A DNA stretch of 64,000 nucleotides from the human T2T-CHM13v2.0 reference genome, Homo sapiens. Below, one piece after another: positions 45,246-58,225 of the stretch; position 1 is the stretch's first letter, and each line of letters begins with the position of its first letter. A program made the translations under genes and the position numbers. The DNA lies in NCBI RefSeq assembly GCF_009914755.1, contig NC_060930.1; one strand, 5' to 3'. Below the pieces are notes generated by a model that was not told where the DNA came from, searched no databases, and saw only the letters and a program-made list of their open reading frames with translations.

Positions 45246-45931
45246 GACTACAGGATCTTGACAAGATTTACATTCCTTGACCACAGTTAAATGGTACTTG
45301 ACTTAGTCATTGTTTTTTATTTTTTACATGCTTTACTTCTTGGCATGATTTGTATTTCTACAACTGATTGGTTTTCACAATATTTGTTTTAATCCCAAAG
45401 ATATATGTTACACCGAATAACCACATCACATTTAATCTGATCCTTTTCAATATTTTTTCACTCACACAGAAGACTCAACAATGTAAAAAAACTGAAGTAG
45501 AATATTATATTCTAACATAGTTTTAGTCACTGTTGGAGAAAGGTCTGTTTATTATCAGGGTTTCTTTATTTTATTGGGTGGTTGTTCTAATTTGTTGTTT
45601 TGTCAAAATTTAACCTTGTATTTATGTGCTTAAAACATTAAGGATCTCTAATTTAGAACAGATTAGTCTTCTGGATTAATTAGTCTTCTTCTAGATTTGC
45701 TGGTTTGATGGTGAAATAATGTATTTTCATGAATCTTCTTTTGGTAATAGCTTAATTAAATGATCAGACAAATGTTTATACAACACATTCTAAAATCATA
45801 CATTTTGTTCAGAAGAGATTGAAGGTGAATTGGAATTTTAAAAAGACCCTTCTGTGCTCAGGGCATGCCTTCCTGATGGGCGGGTCCTGCGGAAGATTGA
45901 TCGGTGTGGGAACAGAAGAACAGGAATTACC

Positions 45932-46233
45932 TTTTTTTTTTTTTTTTTTTTTTGAGACGGAGTCTCGCCCTATTGCCCAGGCTGGAGTGCAGTGAAGTAA
46001 TCTCGGCTCACTGCAAGCTCTGCCTCCTGGGTTCATGCCATTCTCCTGCCTCAGCCTCCTGAGTAGCTGGGACTACAGGCGCCCACCACCACGCCCGGCT
46101 AATTTTTTGTGTTTTTAGTAGAGACAGGGTTTCACCATGTTAGCCAGGATGGTCTTGATCTCCTGACCTCATGATCCACCCGCCTAGGCCTCCCAAAGTG
46201 CTGAGATTATAGGTGTGAGCCACTGCGCCTGGC
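45932..46233 (-). mobile_element. AluY-type
   Basis: TSD aggaattacctt. Confidence 0.94.
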
Positions 46234-46274
46234 TAGGAATTACCTTCTTATGGGACATTTTTTCTTACAGGATT

Positions 46275-46606
<332 letters not shown>

Positions 46607-47519
46607 CCTTACAGGATGTTGTAATTAACCTTTGTTCACTCACTAAATTCCTCCTTCTTGTAAGTTCTTTTTTCTGGACAGCACTGAGATCAATCCGTGA
46701 GGGTCTGTGTACTCCCTTCTCCTCGAAAGCACCAGGTGAAGGGTGATGCATTTAAACTATTTGATAGCACTCTCCACCCCTCACACCCCATTTCTTAATC
46801 TATTTCTGTTGACACAGCGCCACCCCAGACAGGGATCATAATGCAATAGAGCAGATGTCAGTGTTCCTTCATGACTTGCTCTACATTCTAGTCCCATTTC
46901 TCAGGGCCACTGTTATTGGATTTGAGCGAGAGTCTAGCCTCTTGATTGGATAAGGAAGACACCTGGCTATCCTTGATTGCATTTGGAAAACATTCTGCTT
47001 TTTTTTTTTGTGGAAGATTGAGAAATACTCTAGTCTCATCTTCAATATAGTATCAAGTCATCTTTTATGTTGGAGGCTTTCTGTTGATGGCTAAACTCGT
47101 CATTTTGATATTGATTGCTTTTGCTTTTCTTTCGGTAGAGAACATTTCTGACTTTATATTCTAGGATTGCTCCCATTTGAAACCTTCGAAACCTTTCTTC
47201 AGACTGATACAGAATGCTTTATTATCAAGCACACCTCTGGATAAAACTGTGGATTCCTTGGCACCAACAGCCACAGTTTGGAATCTTGACCCTGAGTAGT
47301 TCTAACTGAATCCAGCAGCTTCTACTCACCTTTCTGTTCTTTTAAATGGGTCACATAAATCTGTCCCCCAACCCCCCAACACAGAACCCCTCCAGGCATC
47401 TACAGGAGGGTGAAAGCTGATGGTCACCCTTCAGCAAGGCTTTCTTAGGTGCGTAGCCTGCCCTTGATTCCAACTTGTAAGTTAAAGGTGAGAAAAGGAT
47501 GATTTTGGTCAAATTCTCC

Positions 47520-48880
<1,361 letters not shown>

Positions 48881-49702
48881 TTTTTTACTGACTGTGTGCA
48901 AAGAACAGTTCTCGAAATTGGGAGAGACACAAGTACATCAGATGTGTGTATGTCTCTCAGAGCATCCGCAGCAGTGTGACAGAGGGCAAGGACCATAACA
49001 CCTGCTCTTAGAATCTTCATTTAAGCACCATAGATCCTTGATTGAATCTGGAAAACACTCTGCTCTCCTTGTGGAAGATTGGGGAAATATTCTGGTCTCA
49101 TCTGCAATATAGTGTCAAGTCATCTTTTATGCTGGAGGCAATATAGTACCTGTATATTTAACTGCTTGGTAGTGGATGTTTGCTATTCTTTAGCATCTCA
49201 GAGAGTATAGGGGAAATCTGCGTGTTTGAGTACTTATGCACATTGAATGTGGTTATTGACATGAAATTCAAAGGTGAGACTTTAAAAGAGGGAGACCTTA
49301 CCCTGCTGACTATTCATGAAGGAAATGGTTTCAGGCAATGGAGTGGTCTCTGAACTGGGATTTGAGGTGTAGATAGGGAAAGAAGAGGGTTCCAGGTACA
49401 GATTACTGTGTGCACAGAGGCTGGAGCTTGCTGACTCAGTGTCTGGGAATGAGCACCATTCCAGATTCTGTTTGTTTCTCAATGTCTCCCTAAAGGATAC
49501 TACTGAATCCTCTTCTCGGAGTCCTCACACAGCATGAAATTCCATGCATGAGATTTGATTGGCTGCAGGTTTAGGCTGGTCCGTTTTGACTTTTCCCATT
49601 CATTCTGTGGGCTTGATTTGGATGCCGCCTGGGCTGCCTGGTTATTTTGTTGTCTCTAAATTCTGGCCCATATTATTTGTGTTGTACTTGAGTCTGCTAG
49701 AG

Positions 49703-50016
49703 CAGTGGTCCCCAACCTTTTTGGCATCAGGGGCTAGTTTCACGGGAGACAATTTTTTTCACAGACTGGGGGTTGGGTGCAGATGGTTTCGGGATGAAAC
49801 TGTTCCATCTCAGATCATCAGGCATTAGATTCTCATGAGGAGCATGCAACCCAGATCCCTTTCGTGCGTGGTTCACAATAGGGTTTGCACTCCTATGAGA
49901 ATCTAGTGCTCCCACTGATCAACAAGAGACAGGGCTCAGGCGGTAATGCTTTCTTGCCCATGTTCACCTCCTACTGTGTGGCCTGGTCCCAAACAGGCCA
50001 TGGACCAGTACCACTG
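49703..50016 (+). mobile_element. MER1-type hAT-Charlie DNA transposon relic
   Basis: cagtggtccccaacctttttggca...gatgaaactgttccatctcagatcatcaggcattagattctcat. Confidence 0.85.
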
Positions 50017-51326
50017 TGCTTTAAAGGAAATTCAGACTGGCAAATTACCTATCTGCTCCAGGTATCTGTTGTTGCATGCCACAAAACACCCCCCAAATCT
50101 CAGTAGCTTAACACAATATGTGTTATTATATTTCATGGTTCTGGGGGTTGATAGGACTCAGCTGGATGGTTCCCTCTTGGGCTCTCTTACACAGCCGGAG
50201 TCAGATGGTGGCTGGGTCTGGAATCATCCGAAGACTGGACTGGGCTGGTTTTCCACGATGGTTCCTTCACCTACAGGTCTGGCTTCTTGCCCTCTCTGTT
50301 TCCACACAGTGTCTCATCTTTCAGGGCCTCTCATCTTTTGGGACTGGTACTAGTCCATGGCCTGGGTCTTGGGACCCCTGTGCTAGAGGATGACATGGCA
50401 CAGTCACACATTTGGCTGACCTTTTAGTGGGAGGGAGGTAGACCCTGGAATATTCTGAGTGATCAGTTCTCTTTTCCCAGTTATCTTTTTCTTACTCTGT
50501 TGTTTAAGTACAGAGTATAAATCATTTTTTGTATAGGCTGTTCCTGGCAGATATGGGCCAAGCTTTGATTCATAGAGAGAAGGAAGCTTAGACGTTACCA
50601 AGACCAGTGCTTCCCAAATCTCCTGATTATCCAAATCACCGAGGGAGCTTTAAAAAGTCACTCAAGGCTTGTTTAATCAGCATCTCCAGGACACAGGAAG
50701 AAGAAAAAGAGGAGGAAAAAGAGGAGGAAGAGACAAGGATGTCTCACATGTGAGAAAATCTCAGAGACTGCTACACTAGATGGAAAGTTGCCTATGTCAG
50801 TGGTCCCCAAATGCCACACTACTCAGAAAGACAGGAAAACAAGAAAAAAAGTACATTTTCTTTATTAGAATTGGAGTGTGTAGATGTCTGTATCAGAGTC
50901 TGCATTTTCAAAAGAATTTCCAGGAGTGAGTAAGAGAAAGGAAGATGAAGAAGAAGAGAGCTACGACGGGAAAGAGATCGGAAATGAGAAGATGGACTTG
51001 GCTTGCATCCTGCAGATAATGAGTAAATGCTGAAGTCCTCGATGGAGGGCCAGGGCTGGGAGAAGGGGAGGAGGGAGGGGTGGGAGGTAGCTGTATACAT
51101 CTGGAGGAGGGAGGGGATGACATCTGCCTCTGCTGGGTCACTCAGATCTGGAATGTCCTTGCAAGGAAGCCCATTCTGATTTTGAACAGCTGCTCTTGAT
51201 AAAAGCTCATTCCCCATTTCCTTCTACCATTCATAGGATGTAGCTCTGGAGCCCCCTGTCCTAAGCCTCCTTATCCTGGCTTCCATCCACTTCTTCAGCA
51301 GGCATTTATTGAATGCCTAATGTGGG

Positions 51327-51686
51327 TGACATGGTTTGGCTGTGTCCCCACCCAAATCTCATCCTGAATTGTAGCTCCCATAATTCCTGCGTGTTGTGGG
51401 AGGGACCCTGTGGGAGATCATTGAATCATGGGGGGCGGTTTCCCTGATACTGTTCTTATGGTAGTGAATGTCTCACGAGATCTGCTGGTTTTGTAAAGGG
51501 AAACTCCTTTTGTTTGGTTTTCATTTCTCTCTTGCTGCTGCCATGAAAGCAGTGCCTTCCGCCTTCTGCCATGATTGTGAGGCCTCCCCAGCCATGTGGA
51601 ACTGTGAGTTCATTAAACCTCTTTTTCTTTATGAATACCCAGTCTCGGGTATGTCTTTACCAGCAGCGTGAGAACAGACTAATACA
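51327..51686 (+). mobile_element. THE1-type MaLR solo LTR, complete
   Basis: TG...CA termini, 360 bp, perfect 5-bp TSD gtggg on both sides, ATTAAA signal near 51612. Confidence 0.92.
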
Positions 51687-52805
51687 GTGGGCATGGTTTT
51701 CTTATTTTGTTTTTTTCTCTAAATCCCTCTTCCATTTCTGTTACCTTCCACTTATCCCAAGAAATGGTTACTTAACAAATTCAAAACACTTATAAGGATT
51801 TGGACACAGCTTGAGCCAAGATTTATCTTTCTTTGGCAACCCCTGTTTGTTTTGTCTCTTGAGAGTATGTACAAAATGATACTGTAAACAGGATTTTAAG
51901 TGGCATGTGTAATTTAGTGAAGAGAACCAAATAATGTTCTACTACAATTTGTATGCCAATTATAAATCATGCTTTTCCATTAATTAAAGGAGTAGCTCTT
52001 TGATTATCTACCAGTAGGATGCAAAAATGATTAAATAGTGTTTTATTTAAAATATTTTACATTTTATTAAACCACCTTGGCTTCTGACTACTCCTAACTC
52101 ACCTCGCCTTTAGCACAAACAGTTCTGTCCTTGGTGAATCTGATAAAATGATTTGCTTGTTCAGCTATAAAACGTAAAAGAGGCTCTTATAATTTGTTGC
52201 ATAGTTTAAGACCCTGTTTTGTTTGACCACTGCTTGGGGGTTGATGTTTGTTATTCTTTAGCATCTCAGTGAGTACCGGGGAAGTCTACTTGTTTGAGTA
52301 CTTACACATGTTGAATACAATTATTGACACTGATTTAAAGGTGAGATTGACTCAGTTCATAAATATGACAGTTGATCCAGGAGGCATTCTGTCTGGAATA
52401 AATTGATAAAGGCAAAAGTTATAAAAAGAATATGTGTCTGCTTTTGCTTTGTACTTTACTTACATACCTAGAGCAGTTACTAGTTATAGCCTTTTGAATA
52501 TAACCTGTATGACCATCTTCAAATCTGTCTCAATTTCAAGAGGAGGTTACTCATGCAATTATGTGGGTTACTCTTATTCTTAACTTGAACATTTCAGAAA
52601 ATGAGTTTTATGGTAGTTTTAAGCCTAAGCATTTTACATGGCAGAGAGCTCCGGTTTATTCACTCAATAACAAATTGCAGTATATGTGTGTGTGTGGATA
52701 CCATGTTATACATGGGGGCTAAAAAAATAAATGAAATGCAGTTCCTGCCCTCAAGGAGCTCTTAGTTTGCTAGTGGAGACAACTGATACACATCTGGATT
52801 GACAT

Positions 52806-53088
52806 GTTTTGTTTTTGAGATAGAGTGTCGCTATTGCCCAGGCTAGAAAGCAGTGGTGCTATCTCGGCTCACTGCAACCTCTGCCTCCTGGGCTCAAGCT
52901 ATCCTCCCACCTCAGCCTCCTGAGTAGCTGGAACTACAGGCACCCACCACCATGCCTGGCTAATTTTTGTATGTTTATACAGATGGGGTTTCACCATGTT
53001 GCCCAGGCTGGTCTTGAGCTGAAAGTGATCTGCCCACCTTGGCCTCCCAAAATGCTGGGATTACAGGCATGAACCACCATGCTCAGCC
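52806..53088 (-). mobile_element. AluJ-type, followed by an L1M 3' fragment to ~53270
   Basis: gggctcaagctatcctcccacc J features. Confidence 0.88.
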
Positions 53089-55110
53089 CCTTGTTTTGTT
53101 TTTTTATTGTTGTAAAATACACATAATATAAAATTTAACATTTTAGCCATTTTTAAGTGTACAGGTCAGCTACATTAAGTACATTTACTATTTTTTTTTG
53201 CAACCATCCCCACCATTCATCTCCCGAACTTTCTCATCTTCCCAAACTGAGACACTGTGCCCATTCTTGATGGGTTTTAATATGCCTAGGACCACAGAGC
53301 TATGGGAGGCCAGAGGACAGGAAACTCCCAGTTCTAAGGCAGTGTCAGGTCATGGGCAGTGATTGGCCTGAATGCCCCTTGCCCATCTTCTGCTGTGTCC
53401 AAGGACTGAAGACCTGCCACTCTGCAGCTTGGTCGCTGTCTGGGCTGAAGAACCTGTCTCAGTGAGTGGGGGACTGGGATTCTCCTCTCTTGTGTCAGAG
53501 AGACTAAAACCGTAGTTCTGCTAGACCTCTCACCCCTTTCTATAAATAGGAGCATCAATGGGGCCTTCCAAAGGAAGTCATTGCAATACACTGTTGTTAA
53601 GCCTTCTGAGCTTCTAGCTGTACTGCCTGGAACAGCCTAGAAACTGGCAAAGATTTATGGTCATTGAGGGCAACTGGGCAACAATAAATCTTCAGCCCTG
53701 CTTGCCTTTATAGCATCTGTGTAAGCTTGCTGGTTCAGAGCCACTGGGACTCAAAGTAAATCATTCAGTCAGTCACTCAGCAGATAATTATGGACCGCCC
53801 ACTAGGTGTGAGACATTCTGTTTCTCCTTTCTTTTATGTCAATATTTAGCAGAAGTAGTAGCAAGGCATCCAATTCTTGAATCTAGTTTCTCTTCTAAGG
53901 ACTTTTTTTTTTTTTGAATCTCTAAGGTTGTTTTGAGTATGTTCTCCTCAATCCAAATTGTTCCCTGCTCAGGAGAAAATAAAGCTCTGGGGAGAGGCTT
54001 AACCATTTAATCATGTACCATTTAACACCTCTTTCTGGGAATGGAAACATAGATCAGCATAAAGAACTTGTCCCATTAGTATTTGCCACCGTTTTTCCTT
54101 TGAAAAGTAAAGATGTGTTTCAATCACTTCATTTGTTAAAATTAAAGCATGGCCTCTCCTTCTCCCTGTCCATCTGCTGTGACTTGTGATCTGATTTGAG
54201 TGTCTGTTCTAGTAGCAGAAGCAGCAGAGGTAGATGAGACAACAATTTACTGCCTCAGTGGAAACTTACTTCATGGCCGAGTCAGAATAACACAGTTGGA
54301 GTTTTTAAAATTAATTGGAATTTTATTCTACACTACTTGTCTGGAGTCTAAGCTACAAAGCTGTTGTTGTAAAGGTGAAAATCTAGCCTAATCAGTGCCA
54401 ATGGCATTTGCAGAAGATGCCAAGAACTTCCTGGGTCTCAGGAAGGCTGGAATGTACTTGTCCTCCCTTCTCCCTCCCTCCAGTAAACACAACCTTCCAC
54501 CCTCCCCTCAGGCTCCAGCTGCTGCTTGCTGCACCTCTATAGATCCCGAGTTTGGGAACTGGCTGGAGTCTCTGTTGAAGGACTGGAGAAGGTTACAAGG
54601 ATTGTCTCTGCCCCTGCCTACCTCAGGCCTCCCACAGGTGGGGGATGAGGGAGTCTGTGGAAGAGGAAAGAACTAAGGGAGGAGCCCAGTGTGAGAGGCT
54701 CTGCTCCCGCCTGCGGCACTTCCCTGCACCTGCCACAGGTCCAATTCATGGGAACAGCTGGACTTTCTAGCCACTGTCGTTGGTCTAGGAAGTTAAACTG
54801 TGGGCCTCTTACCCACCGCAGTCACTCCCTGGAGGTGGCCTCAGAGCTCTGGCTCCAGAGGGCACCTGTCTTGCATGGAGAGGTAAGAAATGTTTGAGTT
54901 GAACTGAATATTCGCTGCCGGCCTGGGGTCGGTGAGATTAGTGAGAAGGGAACAGGTGGCGTAAAAGCTAATGGGATGCTTTAAGATTGGCACATTGCTG
55001 ATTTCCAGGCTGCCGTGGGAAGGCTGGTGGTGGGTATCCAGGTTGCTGTAGCGGGGTGGAGAGAAAGCACCTCCTGTTTTCCAATGTGGAGGCAATCTGG
55101 CCATGACATC

Positions 55111-56369
55111 TGTGTCCCTGCCCGCCACGGTGGAGGAGGGCCTGGATGCCCGGCTTTGTGTGCCCCTGGCCGCCACGGTGGAGGAGGGCCTGGATGCCCG
55201 GCTTTGTGTGCCCCTGGCCGCCACGGTGGAGGAGGGCCTGGATGCCCGGCTTTGTGTGCCCCTGGCCGCCACGGTGGAGGAGGGCCTGGATGCCCGGCTT
55301 TGTGTGCCCCTGGCCGCCACGGTGGAGGAGGGCCTGGATGCCCGGCTTTGTGTGCCCCTGGCCACCACGGTGGAGGAGGGCCTGGATGCCCGGCTTTGTG
55401 TGCCCCTGGCCGCCACGGTGGAGGAGGGCCTGGATGCCCGGCTTTGTGTGCGCCTGGCCGCCACGGTGGAGGAGGGCCTGGATGCCCGGCTTTGTGTGCC
55501 CCTGGGCGCCACGGTGGAGGAGGGCCTGGATGCCCGGCTTTGTGTGCCCCTGGCCGCCACGGTGGAGGAGGGCCTGGATGCCCGGCTTTGTGTGCCCCTG
55601 CCCGTCACGGTGGAGGAGGGCCTGGATGCCCGGCTTTGTGTGCCCCTGGCCGCCACGGTGGAGGAGGGCCTGGATGCCCGGCTTTGTGTGCCCCTGGCCG
55701 CCACGGTGGAGGAGGGCCTGGATGCCCGGCTTTGTGTGCCCCTGGCCGCCACGGTGGAGGAGGGCCTGGATGCCCGGCTTTGTGTGCGCCTGGCCGCCAC
55801 GGTGGAGGAGGGCCTGGATGCCCGGCTTTGTGTGCCCCTGGCCGCCACGGTGGAGGAGGGCCTGGATGCCCGGCTTTGTGTGCGCCTGGCCGCCACGGTG
55901 GAGGAGGGCCTGGATGCCCGGCTTTGTGTGCCCCTGCCCGTCACGGTGGAGGAGGGCCTGGATGCCCGGCTTTGTGTGCCCCTGGCCGCCACGGTGGAGG
56001 AGGGCCTGGATGCCCGGCTTTGTGTGCCCCTGGCCGCCACGGTGGAGGAGGGCCTGGATGCCCGGCTTTGTGTGCCCCTGCCCTTCACGGTGGAGGAGGG
56101 CCTGGATGCCCGGCTTTGTGTGCCCCTGGCCGCCACGGTGGAGGAGGGCCTGGATGCCCGGCTTTGTGTGCCCCTGGCCGCCACGGTGGAGGAGGGCCTG
56201 GATGCCCGGCTTTGTGTGCCCCTGCCTGCCACGGTGGAGGAGGGCCTGGATGCCCGGCTTTGTGTGCCCCTGGCCGCCACGGTGGAGGAGGGCCTGGATG
56301 CCCGGCTTTGTGTGCCCCTGGCCGCCACGGTGGAGGAGGGCCTGGATGCCCGGCTTTGTGTGTCCCTGC
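55111..56369. repeat. Minisatellite/VNTR, 26 x 48 bp (cccctggccgccacggtggaggagggcctggatgcccggctttgtgtg)
   Basis: Exact 48-bp period with no indels; consensus unit 73% GC with 3 CpG. Confidence 0.99.
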
Positions 56370-57248
56370 TGTGGCTGCGTGGTTGTCAGGTGACCATCCT
56401 CTCCAGGGAGGGGAGAGCTGCCCCTTGCTGAGGGAGGGTGTGCATGGCTTGTTCCCCTGCCAGAATGTCCCATTCCTTGACATTTTGACCAGTCTTGCCA
56501 CATTCTATGGGTTAAGACCTGGATGATTACAAAAGTTGTGGAAGATGGTTTTCTTGACGGTCTTGTTTGCAATGGAGGTGCCAGCAGGTGCTGAGAAACA
56601 CTGAGGGACCTCAGCAATGCCATCTGTTCTCAGAGGGGCTCAGGAGAAGCAAAGATGAGCAGTGGCCGAGGAATGGTGCCGCTGACATAGTCCGGGCAGC
56701 CCCGCTGGCACTTATGCTGCTGAGCTTGGCTTCCACAGCCAGGGAAAAGGGTGTCTTTCTGTAGCAGCCATCTGCCTCGCTCATCATCAGTTGTGATGAT
56801 TTTGTCTTACCTGCCAAGTGGTAGTTCTTACGTCTTGCAGATCTTTGAATCCTCAGCACCTAGCACAGTGCCCTGCCTGCAGTAGGGGTAACATAGCCAG
56901 GAAGCACAGCATGCACGATTGTTTTCTCCAAAAGATGTGCAGAAATCAGTGACCAGACAGAAGTGGTAGGCTTCTTCTTTTTTTTTTTTTTATTGTCACC
57001 ATCTATAATGGAATGGCATCCTTTACTTAAACTCAACACCTTTGGAAGCACTGGCTCTCAGAGGCTAATGCCTGTGGCTCCCAACTATGGTGACTTGTGA
57101 TACCTCACTCAGATATGACGGGTCAGTGGCTTTGGAGGGGGTTCTCAGGAATCTGCATTTTTACAAGTTCATGGGGGTGATTCTGGGGCAGGTATTTTAT
57201 GAATGTGAATCATAACTTGAAAAAGAACAGGCTTTCAGCTGAGGCACG

Positions 57249-57927
57249 GCTATCATTCGAATGTGTCCCCTCCAAAATTCAGGTGTTGAAATTTAATGGC
57301 TAAAATGATAATATTAAGAGGTGGCCCTTTAAGAGGTGATTAGGCTCTGAGAGCTCCTCCCTCATGAATGAGATCAAGGCCCCTGTGAAAGAGGCTTCAT
57401 GCAGCATTCCATTTCACCTTCCTCTGATCTGTGTGAGGACACTGTGTTCTGGAGGGTGCAGCAAGGAGGCATCATCTTGGAAGCAGACACCTAGTCCTCA
57501 CCACACAATAAACCCACCAGCCTCTTCATCTTGGACTCCAGAACCAAGAAAAAAATTTCTGTTCATGGTCAGGCATGGTGTCTCACACCTGTAATCCCAG
57601 CTCTTTGGAGGCTAAAGTGGGAGAATTGCTTGAGCCCAGGAGTTCAAGACCAATCTGGGCAATATAGTGAGATGCCATCTCTGCAAAATTTTTAACATTA
57701 GCCAGGCTTGGTGGCACGCATCTGCAGTTCTAGCTCCTCAGTAGGTTGAGGCAGGAGGATCGCTGGAGCCCAGGAGTTCAAGGTTACAGTGAGCTATGAT
57801 TGTGCCACTGTATTATAGCCTGGGTGACAGAGCGAGAGCCTGTCTCTAAAAAAAAAAAAAAATCTGTTCTTTATACATTACCCAGCCTTTTGTATTTTGT
57901 TAGAGCAGTGCAGATGGACTAAGTCAG
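57249..57927 (+). mobile_element. MaLR LTR (MST/MLT1A-type) interrupted by an AluJ (57567-57862)
   Basis: gaatgtgtcccctccaaaattcagg...gatggactaag LTR halves flank the Alu. Confidence 0.8.
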
Positions 57928-58149
57928 ATACGCTCTGGAAATGGATTTTCCAAGTGGGGAATAAACAACGAGGAAGGTAACTCTGTGTCATTTCCACTTT
58001 CTTACACCTGGGGTGCTTCACACTTTAATTTTTGTCACACCTCGTGTAATCCCCTTGGTACTCTTTAACATTAATCTTGAAGAACACCTTACATTTTTGG
58101 TAGCATTATTGAAACCAGTTGATATATTAATATTTGAGGGCTTTTATAG

Positions 58150-58225
58150 GATATATATATATACACACACACATACACACACATGTACACAACACACACA
58201 CACACAACACACACATACACACATA
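58150..58225. repeat. (TA)n/(CA)n imperfect microsatellite
   Basis: Direct reading. Confidence 0.9.

Noticed and set aside
55111-56369. CRISPR-like look (36-bp constant plus variable slot)
   Set aside because: The variable parts are only ~12 bp, are point variants of one sequence rather than unique spacers, and the DNA is human with no cas genes
55111-56369. Tandem CTCF or PRDM9 motif in each unit
   Set aside because: tggccgccacggtgg needs an indel or several core mismatches to fit CTCF; cctcctccaccgt misses two positions of CCNCCNTNNCCNC; unsupported without a PWM scan
54841-56623. 400-550 aa ORFs as real protein-coding genes
   Set aside because: Explained by a stop-free 48-bp unit; no domain similarity or gene structure; kept only as a translation hypothesis
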